A DNA stretch of 54,646 nucleotides. Source: Chitinophaga pinensis. Lineage in GTDB: Bacteria > Bacteroidota > Bacteroidia > NS11-12g > UBA9320. The notes below the pieces were generated by a model. That model saw nothing but the letters and a program-made list of their open reading frames with translations, was not told the origin of the DNA and searched no databases. The stretch covers positions 1 to 54,646 of the forward strand of contig CAMDXE010000002.1 of assembly GCA_945878925.1 (NCBI GenBank), written 5' to 3'. The position numbers and the translations under genes are program-made. Shown piece after piece: positions 20,501 through 28,992 of the stretch. Numbering within the stretch: position 1 is the stretch's first letter; the number at the start of each line of letters is the position of its first letter.

Positions 20501-22567
20501 TGAGGAATTATAAATGGCTAAAATTTTATGATTACCAATCGTATTCCATTTTACCTGAAGGCTATTATTTACCATTCCATTTTGGGCTGTTCCTCCCGAA
20601 AGAATTATCCATTTTACAATTTTTGCATCACCGCCAAGTGAGTAACTTTCTTCAACCAATTTACAAGCTGTTTTGGCGCCGGTAATATTTGTTTTAGGTA
20701 CTTCCTTAACATCTACATTCAGGATAAATTCAGAATTACAAAAGTCTATGGCATTTTTAATAATTATCTGATGTGTACCTGGAGTTAACCATTTAATTTT
20801 GGCTGAACTGGAATTTTGCCCGCTTTCAATAATCCCGTCACTTCCAAGCTCCCATTGATAGGCGCTTGTTTGGGGATAAGCCGAATAAATATAGGATTCT
20901 TTAATACATGGCGTAGGTTGACCATAAACAGAAAATTTATCTTTTACCCTTACATCAAGTTCATCAACACTTACACAATCCAAAATGGCATGTTCAATAA
21001 CAACATTGATTTTTGCCATAGCTACACCATTCCATGCAACGCTAACCTGATTTGTTCCCTGCCCTTGATAAATATAAGCAGGTGGTGTGACAGTCCAACG
21101 ATAAGTAGCCCCGTTTACCAAATCCGTTGAATATACCTGCGCTTCACCACGGCAGGGATTTGTACTTCCTGATATCGGGTAATTTTCACCCAATAAGTTT
21201 ATTCTTTCTTTTGTTGGGTTTTTGCAATGTTGCCCTGTACCGCTTATTCGCAATTCTATTTCGCCATAAGTGGTTTTCCCCCATTTTATTTTTATACTGT
21301 TATCGGTTAGCGTTCCATTGGCAGTAATAGCGCCACCTGTTACTTTCCAGTAATAGCTTGCTCCGGCTATTAAGGGTGTTGTATAAACAACTTCATCTCC
21401 GGCACATAAAGTTCCTACACAGGTTATTGGTGGACCAGGGTAATCATCGATTGAAATTTCATTTTTTACTGTGTCAACACAACCAAGGTCATCCGTACCA
21501 ACAAAATACACCTGGTATTTCCCAGCAATATTGTATTTATGATCAGGATTTTTAAGAGTGCTACTTATCCCATCACCAAAATCCCATTCGTAATGGACCA
21601 AACTTCTTGGAGGGGCGCTGGCATAAAATGAATTTATACCACCAAGGCAGCCATCAGCTAAAGAGAGTTTTATTATTGGTTTTTCTAAAACATTTACTTC
21701 CTTTTCGGCGGAGCCTATACAACCAAATTCATTGGTTTCGGTAAGTTTTATTATGCATTTCCCGATATTTGGGAATTGAAAAACTATATTGTCTTTTGTC
21801 GGGTCTGATTTAGCATTGGCACACGATGATGTCCATGAATAAGTGCTTTTTGGGTTTAATGGAATTCCGGTCGAAGGAAAAATTGTAAATTCTTTACTAT
21901 TGTCCTGACAAATAATATCTGCACTATTTTTATTTTGAGATGAATCACTCCCCGGAAAACTTAAGTTTGGTTGGGGCATTCCATGAACTGCAACATCTAA
22001 CTTTAACAGGGTATCACATCCATTGTTATCGCTTACTTTCAAAGTTATCAAATAATTTCCCGGAGTATTCCATACGACAAAAATTTGGGAGGAGTTTTTA
22101 TCCCCTGAAAGATGTGCATTTTCGCTATCCCATGCGTATCTGAAATGACTTTCAGGGTCCGTTACTTTGTATGTAACTGTTTCTTCCTCACATATACTTT
22201 TCTTGTAATTTACTCTGGCTGTGGCTTTTGGGTTTATTTGTATGTCGCGCGTTTGTTTAAAACTTATGCCTTTGTGTTTTACGATTAACGAAACAGAGTA
22301 TTTTTTTATAGCTTTTGCTGCATAATTTATAGTTGGGCTTATTAAAGTAGAACTTGTCGAGTTGCCAAAATCCCATTCATAACTATCGTAACCGGTATTT
22401 TTAGGTGTAAAAGTCACAACCCCATCACAGGATTTTGCATAACTGAACTCTGCACTAACCTGAGCAAAAACTAAATTGGTGTTCACAAAGAATGTTACTA
22501 AAGCAATGCATTTGATTGTAAACTGTAACGAAGGGATTTTTTTGAAATAACGCAACTGTTTCATCAT
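17543..22567 (-). CDS. large PKD/Ig-repeat cell-surface protein with T9SS type-B C-terminal sorting domain
   Basis: 1674 aa with a signal peptide (..LVTFFVNTNLVFAQ). PKD signatures recur (YEWDFGNSTSS, YEWDFGDGISS, YHWDFGDKIYS, LWEFGDSKSS, YRWDFGNNSK). Further modules of the form Y.W....G and W(N/K)TGETTQ are also present. The terminus FIPNAFSVNNDGLNE..IYNRWGEKVF..WDGSVNGQ..YVYI..GTVTLIK is a type-B CTD. Confidence 0.85.
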   Translation of the reverse strand: MMKQLRYFKKIPSLQFTIKCIALVTFFVNTNLVFAQVSAEFSYAKSCDGVVTFTPKNTGYDSYEWDFGNSTSSTLISPTINYAAKAIKKYSVSLIVKHKGISFKQTRDIQINPKATARVNYKKSICEEETVTYKVTDPESHFRYAWDSENAHLSGDKNSSQIFVVWNTPGNYLITLKVSDNNGCDTLLKLDVAVHGMPQPNLSFPGSDSSQNKNSADIICQDNSKEFTIFPSTGIPLNPKSTYSWTSSCANAKSDPTKDNIVFQFPNIGKCIIKLTETNEFGCIGSAEKEVNVLEKPIIKLSLADGCLGGINSFYASAPPRSLVHYEWDFGDGISSTLKNPDHKYNIAGKYQVYFVGTDDLGCVDTVKNEISIDDYPGPPITCVGTLCAGDEVVYTTPLIAGASYYWKVTGGAITANGTLTDNSIKIKWGKTTYGEIELRISGTGQHCKNPTKERINLLGENYPISGSTNPCRGEAQVYSTDLVNGATYRWTVTPPAYIYQGQGTNQVSVAWNGVAMAKINVVIEHAILDCVSVDELDVRVKDKFSVYGQPTPCIKESYIYSAYPQTSAYQWELGSDGIIESGQNSSSAKIKWLTPGTHQIIIKNAIDFCNSEFILNVDVKEVPKTNITGAKTACKLVEESYSLGGDAKIVKWIILSGGTAQNGMVNNSLQVKWNTIGNHKILAIYNSSGIYCQDTALLTVTVIDNSMPEILGDTVVCINELEKYTLKGNYNNAMNWEISGADYEIASDKKSVDIKWTDERTGIIRLINTVCYSEIEKLVIIKPVLNPTFVLEKLNCDGTIADIKVVEEFKKYTWNTSETTQAITVTSAGTFSVAVETVWGCSGYGEITLTKLPSNKFESASLKLTAGVSNSPYPYIIGEIVSVPDAEKYLWKTGETTREIYINASGDYTCKITNEYGCSEEFTFKVVVDLTTGTCTSGSCTGKCNKKKLSSNCNYPVFSVKNPLCNPIEFTALVNATYYHWDFGDKIYSTDKNPKHRFTTAGYHTVDIYYSNDGIDWEKCSQTIEVKSLINAMFDSKILCNGSVDFTDKTTSALGITSKLWEFGDSKSSTASNASYTYTPPTQNFKVKLSINDGVCTDFIEKDIKVNWLKADFKNTGSCINMPVFFNSTPLHTSALSAYRWDFGNNSKEFYANPSTMFNKAQNYQVKLWVKDAKNCKDSITKTIGITSPNFPKLTASGALKFCEGKSINLTAAKNLLYRWNNMDTTQSITVKKAGQFYVRLTDKTTGCKGNSDTVKTQIIPKPKAVILVPYYSSNCENNYLYLNADYNNNYTFDWFKNSVSLNNKTYYFQLGPTTPNDGGLYKLIVTEKLTGCSDTASKSINIYPSPKIPFITVLPSGTLCSNQIVTLTANNIDPFNKLHWNTKSINRKITIHNSDYYTVNVINNFGCASKAYKSVTIYNSPDINIFPTGCYSICESKKIEIKLVEDGITTYTWNDGFKGATRKLTVAGVYNITADNSNCISKSKNLSLDILKFNSNLLEKDTCLPFGKYKNLNIISGNFTDIKWNTGSIGSGIQITKPGKYWVSVKTKEGCQITDTITIDSCNGFTPIDTTTSKENIECDKSKYFIPNAFSVNNDGLNEYYVIPKNSKDLRLARLTIYNRWGEKVFTTTDPEVSWDGSVNGQAAQLEAYVYICQYMCGYNFYQQTGTVTLIK

Positions 22568-22680
22568 CAGGAAATTTCATATAAGACCGCCAAAAGATGT
22601 AAAGGGTTGCATTAAAAAAAAATATATTGCGATCAACAGTTGAGTAACTGAATAACAATAAGAGAAGGATTAAAATATGT

Positions 22681-22704
22681 AATCAAGTAGCTAATAGCTT
22701 GATT
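22681..22704 (-). terminator. possible intrinsic terminator hairpin downstream of glnN
   Basis: There is a perfect 7-bp inverted repeat, AATCAAG-N10-CTTGATT, 32 nt past the glnN stop. On the minus strand it is followed by ACATATTTTAAT. The stem is short, so support is weak. Confidence 0.3.
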
Positions 22705-22735
22705 GCACTTAATGAAAGAATTTAAGAAAAAACCG

Positions 22736-24907
22736 CTACCTCACAAATAAGATTTCTCTGTACTTAGGCAATTTCCATAGCTCGTCGTCAATAAGATGCT
22801 CAAGCTTGTCGGCATGAAATCGAATTTCGTCAAAAGAGGCTTTCACCTTATTGCAATAGGCGTGTGCTTTGGCCCTTGTCTCGCTTATAGTGTTCGCTAG
22901 TTTGCGCTCATTTACCATCAAGTCGGTTGCTTTTTTTAAGGAATTAACATGATTCGAAATTTCATTGAGCAATTCGCAAAGGCTAGAGGTTGATTCTTTT
23001 GTGGCTCCAGATGCCGTCATCGAATTAATGGTATCGGCCAATGTTTTTTGATAGCTAAGCGATGGGGGAATAATATGCGTATAAACCAATTCGTCCATTA
23101 TTCGCCCTTCTATCTGTATTTTTTTGATATAATCTTCCAACTTTATTTCATAGCGCGCATGAAGTTCTTCTTTTGTAAAAATTCCATTTTTTACAAATAT
23201 GGAATTTGCCATTTCGCTCAAATAAGAATCTAATGAATCTACAGAATTTTTAACATTTTGAAGGCCTCGTTTTTCTGCTTCTTCAGCCCATTCGTCGCTG
23301 TATCCATTTCCTTCGAACAATACTTTTTCGGAAGCCAATAAGTATGCTTTTAAAACCTCAAAAATTGCGTCCTCGGTTTTTTTATTTTTTGCAACCAAGG
23401 CATCTACATCTTTTTTAAACTGAAGCAGTTGATTGGCTACCGCTGCGTTTAAGGCAATCATTGGTCGTCCGCAATTTTCGGTTGAACCTACGGCGCGAAA
23501 CTCAAATTTATTTCCTGTAAAAGCAAAGGGAGAGGTGCGATTTCGGTCGGTATTGTCTTTTAATATTTCAGGGAGATTGTGGATAGTGATAACTTCGGTA
23601 TCCGAAGCGTCGCCCGATGTTTTTTTATTGGTTTTAAAATCATTTAAAACTTTAGTGAGGGTGCTGCCGATAAACGCCGACATTATGGCTGGGGGCGCTT
23701 CGTTGGCACCTAGCCTATGGTCGTTGCTTGCGCTGGCAATACTGGCTCTTAGGATTGGAGCGCTATCGTGAAATGCTTTTATGGTATTGATAAAAAAGGT
23801 TAAGAACTGTAGGTTCGAATTTGGGTTGCTTCCAGGAGATAGTAAATTTACGCCAGTATTGGTTATCAAACTCCAATTATTGTGTTTGCCTGAGCCATTT
23901 ATACCAGCAAATGGTTTTTCGTGCAAGAGGGATTTAAAGCCGTGTTTTCGGCCCACTTCTTCCATTAAATCCATCAATAATTGATTGTGGTCGACGGCCA
24001 AATTAATATCTTCGAACATTGGCGCACACTCATATTGGCCTGGAGCTACCTCATTGTGACGGGTGCGCAGGGGTATTCCTAATTTCATGGATTCTAATTC
24101 TAAATCATACATAAAATTAAAAACCCTTGATGGAATAGCGCCAAAATAATGATCATCCATTTGTTGTCCTCTAGCGGGTGCGTGACCAAAAACGGTTCGG
24201 CCAGTCATAACCAAATCGGGGCGTGCGTCGAACAAGGCTTTGTCGACAAGGAAATATTCTTGTTCGATGCCTAAGCTGGCGCTAACATGAGTAACATTTT
24301 TATCAAAATAATTACACACTTCGGTGGCCGCTTTGTTCAATAGGGCCATCGTTTTTAATAATGGGGCTTTATAGTCGAGCGCTTCGCCGTGATACGATAC
24401 AAAAATGGTAGGGATGCACAAGGTTTTTCCCGAGGCTTTTTCCATGATAAAAGCGGGCGAACTTGGGTCCCAAGCAGTATATCCCCTAGCTTCAAATGTG
24501 TTGCGCAATCCGCCACTTGGCAAGCTGCTTGCATCGGGCTCCTGTTGCACCAACGATCCTGCCGAAAATTTTTCTATGGCTTTGCCTCCCCAAACTTCAT
24601 AAAACGAATCGTGTTTTTCGGCGGTTAATCCGGTAAGCGGTTGAAACCAATGGCTAAATGAAGTGGCGCCTTTTTCTAAAGCCCATTGCTTCATTCCATC
24701 GGCTATTTTTTGAGCAATATCTCTTTGAATGGAGCTTCCAGTTTTAATGGCATCATTTACAGCCTTTAAGGCATCTTTGCTCATGTATTCTTTCATGGTA
24801 TCGGCCCCAAATACATTGGACCCAAAGAGTGAAGGAATATCGGAAACGTCGGTTTTTACTTTAGAAATTTTTCGAGATTGGGCAGTTTGGATAGCTTGAA
24901 AACGCAT
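22736..24907 (-). CDS. glnN: glutamine synthetase type III
   Basis: The protein is ~723 aa from the ATG at 24907 (MRFQAIQTAQSRK...); the ORF track starts 10 codons earlier. It matches my recollection of Bacteroides GSIII along its length, including HWFQPLTG, QQEPDASS, NTFEARGYTAWD, TRHNEVAPGQYE, HEKPFAGINGSGKHNNWS, RLGANEAPPAI, DRNRTSPFAFTGNKFEFRA and LPKYREILF. Confidence 0.93.
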   Translation of the reverse strand: MRFQAIQTAQSRKISKVKTDVSDIPSLFGSNVFGADTMKEYMSKDALKAVNDAIKTGSSIQRDIAQKIADGMKQWALEKGATSFSHWFQPLTGLTAEKHDSFYEVWGGKAIEKFSAGSLVQQEPDASSLPSGGLRNTFEARGYTAWDPSSPAFIMEKASGKTLCIPTIFVSYHGEALDYKAPLLKTMALLNKAATEVCNYFDKNVTHVSASLGIEQEYFLVDKALFDARPDLVMTGRTVFGHAPARGQQMDDHYFGAIPSRVFNFMYDLELESMKLGIPLRTRHNEVAPGQYECAPMFEDINLAVDHNQLLMDLMEEVGRKHGFKSLLHEKPFAGINGSGKHNNWSLITNTGVNLLSPGSNPNSNLQFLTFFINTIKAFHDSAPILRASIASASNDHRLGANEAPPAIMSAFIGSTLTKVLNDFKTNKKTSGDASDTEVITIHNLPEILKDNTDRNRTSPFAFTGNKFEFRAVGSTENCGRPMIALNAAVANQLLQFKKDVDALVAKNKKTEDAIFEVLKAYLLASEKVLFEGNGYSDEWAEEAEKRGLQNVKNSVDSLDSYLSEMANSIFVKNGIFTKEELHARYEIKLEDYIKKIQIEGRIMDELVYTHIIPPSLSYQKTLADTINSMTASGATKESTSSLCELLNEISNHVNSLKKATDLMVNERKLANTISETRAKAHAYCNKVKASFDEIRFHADKLEHLIDDELWKLPKYREILFVR

Positions 24908-25178
24908 AATAAAGAAGTTGTGCGAATATAGGCTCAATCCTAGATTTTACCCTTATTTAATGATAAAAATTCTTCACGGGTTTTGCACAAAATGTTAATT
25001 GACCCTATTCGAAAATAAGAGATACAAAAAAACAAAAGGGTTTAGGAAGAATCTAAATCCTGATTCTTTTAAGGTCGTCATAAATTAGTTCGTTTGGGGG
25101 TTATTAAGCACCTATGCCTACTTACTAATTTGAGGCCAGTAATTTTTAAAACCTTTTGCCCATTGTTGATAATTGATA

Positions 25179-25186
25179 TATGTTTG
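25179..25186 (+). promoter_or_regulatory. putative -7 box (TATGTTTG) for the YfhO-like gene
   Basis: It matches TAnnTTTG, 18 nt upstream of the ATG at 25205. Confidence 0.3.
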
Positions 25187-25204
25187 TGCCCATCTCTTCT
25201 TTCA

Positions 25205-27649
25205 ATGAAAAACTATCAGAAATATTTACCTTACATCGTGCCACTCATTATTTTTGCGGCACTTTCGATGCTCTATTTGGCGCCGGCATTTAATGGAAAA
25301 GTCGTAAAACAAGGCGACATTCAGCAATACAGCGGTGCTTCCAAAGAAATTTTGGATTATAAAGCTAAAGATGGTCATGGGCCATTATGGACCAATTCGA
25401 TGTTTGGAGGCATGCCTTCGTATCAAATCTCCTATGAAGCGCCTAATAATTATTCAAAGTATTTAAGGAGCATTACTCCTTTTAAACATCCCATTAATAT
25501 GTTGTTCATGGGCATGGTTTTTGCCTTTATTCTGCTCCTAACATTTGGAATAAACCCATGGATAGCGGCAATAGGAGGAATAGCGTATGCATTGGCAAGT
25601 TACAATGTTATATTAATTGAAGCCGGGCATAATACAAAATTATATGCCATTGCTTATGCCCCTTTGTTGCTCACCGGGCTTAATATGCTATTGAATAAAA
25701 AATATTTATTAGGGGCGGGTATTGCAGCGGCAGGCATGGCCTTGCAATTGCAAGCCAATCACTTTCAAATAACCTATTATTTAGGATTAATTATAGCCAT
25801 GTGGCTAACAGCCGAAGGAATTATGGCCTTTAAAACCAAAACCATAAAACCATTTTTACTGGCATGTGCGTTTTTTGGAGGGGCTTCGATATTGGGCTTG
25901 GGTACCAATGCTGTTTCGTTAATGTTGACCGAGGAATATTCGAAAGAAACGATACGGGGGCAATCTGAACTCACCACCCTGCCCGATACAAGTGCCAAAA
26001 AAATAGCCAGTACGGGATTAGATATTGAGTATGCTTTTGATTGGAGCCAGGGTTGGGAAGATTTGCCCACCATACTTATTCCAAATTTTGCTGGGGGAGG
26101 AAGCGGTACCGAATTAGGTAACGGCGATGCAACAAAAAAATTCTTGCAACAAATGGCGCAAAGCGAAGATCAACAACAAGCGCAACAAGGGCAATATTAT
26201 TTAAGTCAAAAAATAAACCCATGGGCTTATTGGGGAGCTTTGCCTTTTACCTCGGGACCAGTTTATTTTGGTGCATTGATACTCTTTTTGTTTACAGCTG
26301 GCATGTTTTATAGCAAAAACCCTACGAAATGGTGGTGGTTTGCCGCTTTAATTTTATCGCTCATGCTTTCGTTGGGCAAAAATTTTATGAGTTTCAATAG
26401 CATTCTGTTTCATTATTTACCGATGTACAACAAGTTTAGATCGGTTAATATGTCTTTGGTTATTGGGCAAATTGCGGTGGCAATATTTTCAATGATTTCT
26501 CTCAATGAACTTTTAAAGGAATCGGCCGATAAGCTAAGAATAAAACAGTCGCTTCGCAGGGCACTTTATGTGGTAGGTGGCTTTTGTATTTTAATGATTT
26601 TGTATTCGGGAAGTGCCGAGTTGGGCGATGCCACTAAAGCTCCAGCCGAAGCTATTGCCGATAGGGGGACATACATTCGCATGGATGCGCTTAGGTCCCT
26701 GTTTTTTATAGGTGCGGGTTTTGCCATAATCTGGTATTATTTAAAAGGAAAATTATCGAATAACACAAGTATATTGGTACTTGGACTTTTGGTGCTTATA
26801 GACTTATGGTCTGTCGATAGACGATTTTTGAACGATAAGAGCTGGGAAAAGGAAAAAACCTATACCGCAGATAATACCACACCAAGCGCAGCCGATATTC
26901 AAATATTGAAGGATAAAAGTTATTACCGAGTTTACGATGCTTCCCAAAATCCATTTACAAGCGCAAAAGCGTCTTATTTTCACCATTCTATTGGAGGATA
27001 TCATGCAGCAAAACTTCGCCGTTTTCAGGAAGTAGTCGAATGGCATATTGCTAAAAACGACCTTGATGTATTAAACATGCTTAACGCCAAGTATTATATT
27101 CAGCAAGATCAGCAATCGGGCCAAATGATTGCCATCCCCAACCCTGATGCATGCGGCAATGTGTGGTTTGCAAAAGAATTGAAGCTAATGGATAATGCCA
27201 ATCAGGAAATCAAAGAATTAGGGGCCATCAATCCCAAAAACACCGTTTTGGTTGATAAGCGCTACGAAAATCAATTAAAAGGATTTACTATGAATTACGA
27301 TTCGTCGGGCGCCATAATTTTCGACACCTATCACCCCGATAAATTAACCTATAGCAGCAATTCTAAAACCTCGCAATTGGCTGTTTTTTCCGAAATGTAT
27401 TACAACGATGGCAAAGGATGGAATGCCTACCTCGATGGTAAAAAAGTTGCGCATTTTCGCTGTAATTATATATTGAGGGGAATGGTAGTACCTGCAGGAA
27501 GTCATAAAATTGAATTTCGATTTGAACCTAAAAGTTTACAAATTGCTTCAAAAATTGCAATGGTTAGCAATGTAGGGATGTATCTTTTACTGCTTATAGG
27601 GTTAGGGGCATTGTTTATGAAAAGGAAAGAAAGGGAAATTACTTCGTAA
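25205..27649 (+). CDS. YfhO-family polytopic membrane protein (putative glycosyl-transfer / envelope glycopolymer function)
   Basis: The start is taken at ATG 25205 (MKNYQKYLPYIVPLIIF); the upstream TTG extension is a Cys/Leu-rich low-quality sequence. The N-terminal motif GPLWTNSMFGGMPSYQIS, many TM helices and a large C-terminal extracytoplasmic domain with a final TM helix fit my recollection of Bacteroidota YfhO-like proteins. Confidence 0.65.
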   Translation: MKNYQKYLPYIVPLIIFAALSMLYLAPAFNGKVVKQGDIQQYSGASKEILDYKAKDGHGPLWTNSMFGGMPSYQISYEAPNNYSKYLRSITPFKHPINMLFMGMVFAFILLLTFGINPWIAAIGGIAYALASYNVILIEAGHNTKLYAIAYAPLLLTGLNMLLNKKYLLGAGIAAAGMALQLQANHFQITYYLGLIIAMWLTAEGIMAFKTKTIKPFLLACAFFGGASILGLGTNAVSLMLTEEYSKETIRGQSELTTLPDTSAKKIASTGLDIEYAFDWSQGWEDLPTILIPNFAGGGSGTELGNGDATKKFLQQMAQSEDQQQAQQGQYYLSQKINPWAYWGALPFTSGPVYFGALILFLFTAGMFYSKNPTKWWWFAALILSLMLSLGKNFMSFNSILFHYLPMYNKFRSVNMSLVIGQIAVAIFSMISLNELLKESADKLRIKQSLRRALYVVGGFCILMILYSGSAELGDATKAPAEAIADRGTYIRMDALRSLFFIGAGFAIIWYYLKGKLSNNTSILVLGLLVLIDLWSVDRRFLNDKSWEKEKTYTADNTTPSAADIQILKDKSYYRVYDASQNPFTSAKASYFHHSIGGYHAAKLRRFQEVVEWHIAKNDLDVLNMLNAKYYIQQDQQSGQMIAIPNPDACGNVWFAKELKLMDNANQEIKELGAINPKNTVLVDKRYENQLKGFTMNYDSSGAIIFDTYHPDKLTYSSNSKTSQLAVFSEMYYNDGKGWNAYLDGKKVAHFRCNYILRGMVVPAGSHKIEFRFEPKSLQIASKIAMVSNVGMYLLLLIGLGALFMKRKEREITS

Positions 27650-27659
27650 TTTTTTTCTT

Positions 27660-27703
27660 GAACCACAACTTATCCCGAAAAAAATCGGGACAAGTCGTGG
27701 TTC
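27660..27703 (+). terminator. rho-independent terminator after the YfhO-like gene
   Basis: GAACCACAACTTATCCCGA-aaaaaa-TCGGGACAAGTCGTGGTTC forms 17 paired positions with 2 mismatches. It is followed by GATTTTT and starts 11 nt after the stop codon. Confidence 0.65.
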
Positions 27704-27738
27704 GATTTTTAGTTGTTCAAATAACCAAAAACTAAAAA

Positions 27739-28863
27739 ATGCAATTCACCCAAGTCCCCGGCCAACAGGCCATAAAAAACCGATTACTAAATGCCTGTAA
27801 CCATGGGCGTTTGCCGCATGCTATTTTGTTACATGGCCCGGAGGGAAACGGGGCTTTAGCATTGGCTTTGGCGGTAATCAGTTATTTGCTTTGTGAAAAC
27901 AAAACTGAAACAGATGCCTGCGGCGAGTGTGATTCCTGCTCCAAAACAAAATCATTTGTTCATCCCGATGTTCATTTTAGTTTTCCAAGTATAAATTCGG
28001 ATGGTTCGAAACTAAGTGACGCATTCCTTAAAGATTGGCGAAAGAGCTTATTGGCCAATCCATTTTTAAATTATGAGCAATGGATGGAGGCCATTAAAGG
28101 CAAAGACGACCAAAGTAAGCAGGGTAATATTACAGCAGAAGAATGCCGTGAAATGATAAAAAAACTTAGCCTCAAATCGTACGAGGGCGGTAAAAAATTT
28201 ATGGTCATTTGGTTGCCGGAATTTTTAGGCCAGTCGGGCAATATTTTATTAAAACTCTTAGAAGAGCCACCCGAACAAACGCATTTCATTTTGATTGCCG
28301 AAGATCTAAATCAAATGCTGCCAACCATTGTTTCGCGCACACAAATCTTTAATATAAATGTTTTTCCGCCCGATGTAATCTGTGAATATCTTAAAACTAA
28401 TCATCATATAGAGGAAAATGATGCCATGTCCATAGCTTATCTAAGCAAAGGAAATATTAGCCTTGCCTTACAACTCATGATTGAAGAGGAAAATCAGTTT
28501 ACCGAAAACATGAGGGTTTGGTTGCAATATTGTTATGCCAACAATAGCGTAAGTATAAACGAATGGGTTAATAAAACCTCGGCGCTTGGACGCGAAAAGA
28601 TTAAACTGTTTTTAGAAAATTGCCTTTATATTTTTGGAGAATGTCTTCACACCCTATTTATAGCCAACCACAAACCCAGTGTACCTTCGGCCAATATTAA
28701 TTTTATTGTAAATATTACCAAACTGTTGACAGCGCAAAAAATTGAGCAGATTTACAAACTTATTAATGAAAACATTATGCATATCGAGCGCAATGCCAAT
28801 GCCAAAATAACCCTGTTTAATTTGTCGTTGGCCATGCGAAATATTTTATTAAAAAAAGATTAA
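27739..28863 (+). CDS. holB: DNA polymerase III delta' subunit
   Basis: 374 aa with an AAA+ clamp-loader N-terminus (LPHAILLHGPEGNGALALALA). It also has the zinc module CGECDSC, the motif FLKLLEEPP and the SRT-like motif TIVSRTQ. Confidence 0.85.
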   Translation: MQFTQVPGQQAIKNRLLNACNHGRLPHAILLHGPEGNGALALALAVISYLLCENKTETDACGECDSCSKTKSFVHPDVHFSFPSINSDGSKLSDAFLKDWRKSLLANPFLNYEQWMEAIKGKDDQSKQGNITAEECREMIKKLSLKSYEGGKKFMVIWLPEFLGQSGNILLKLLEEPPEQTHFILIAEDLNQMLPTIVSRTQIFNINVFPPDVICEYLKTNHHIEENDAMSIAYLSKGNISLALQLMIEEENQFTENMRVWLQYCYANNSVSINEWVNKTSALGREKIKLFLENCLYIFGECLHTLFIANHKPSVPSANINFIVNITKLLTAQKIEQIYKLINENIMHIERNANAKITLFNLSLAMRNILLKKD

Positions 28864-28992
28864 TCCTTGGCTCCGCTGCATGGGCCATTCAAAAATCGAA
28901 ATTAAAAAGTAGACACTGCGATGGTAATTTAAAATTGCCTTAACACAATTTGATACTTAATTTAGCGGTTTATTAGTATTCAACCGATATCT

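Noticed and set aside
25094-25204. TTG-initiated N-terminal extension of the YfhO-like ORF (MGVIKHLCLLTNLRPVIFKTFCPLLIIDICLCPSLLS).
   Set aside because: The extension covers the putative TATGTTTG promoter box and looks non-protein-like. ATG 25205 gives a normal N-terminus followed by the first TM helix.
27690-27710. The GTGGTTCGATT string resembles a tRNA T-arm (GGTTCGA).
   Set aside because: It is the 3' arm of the long terminator hairpin at 27660-27703. No acceptor, D or anticodon arms can be drawn around it. I saw no convincing tRNA anywhere in the window.
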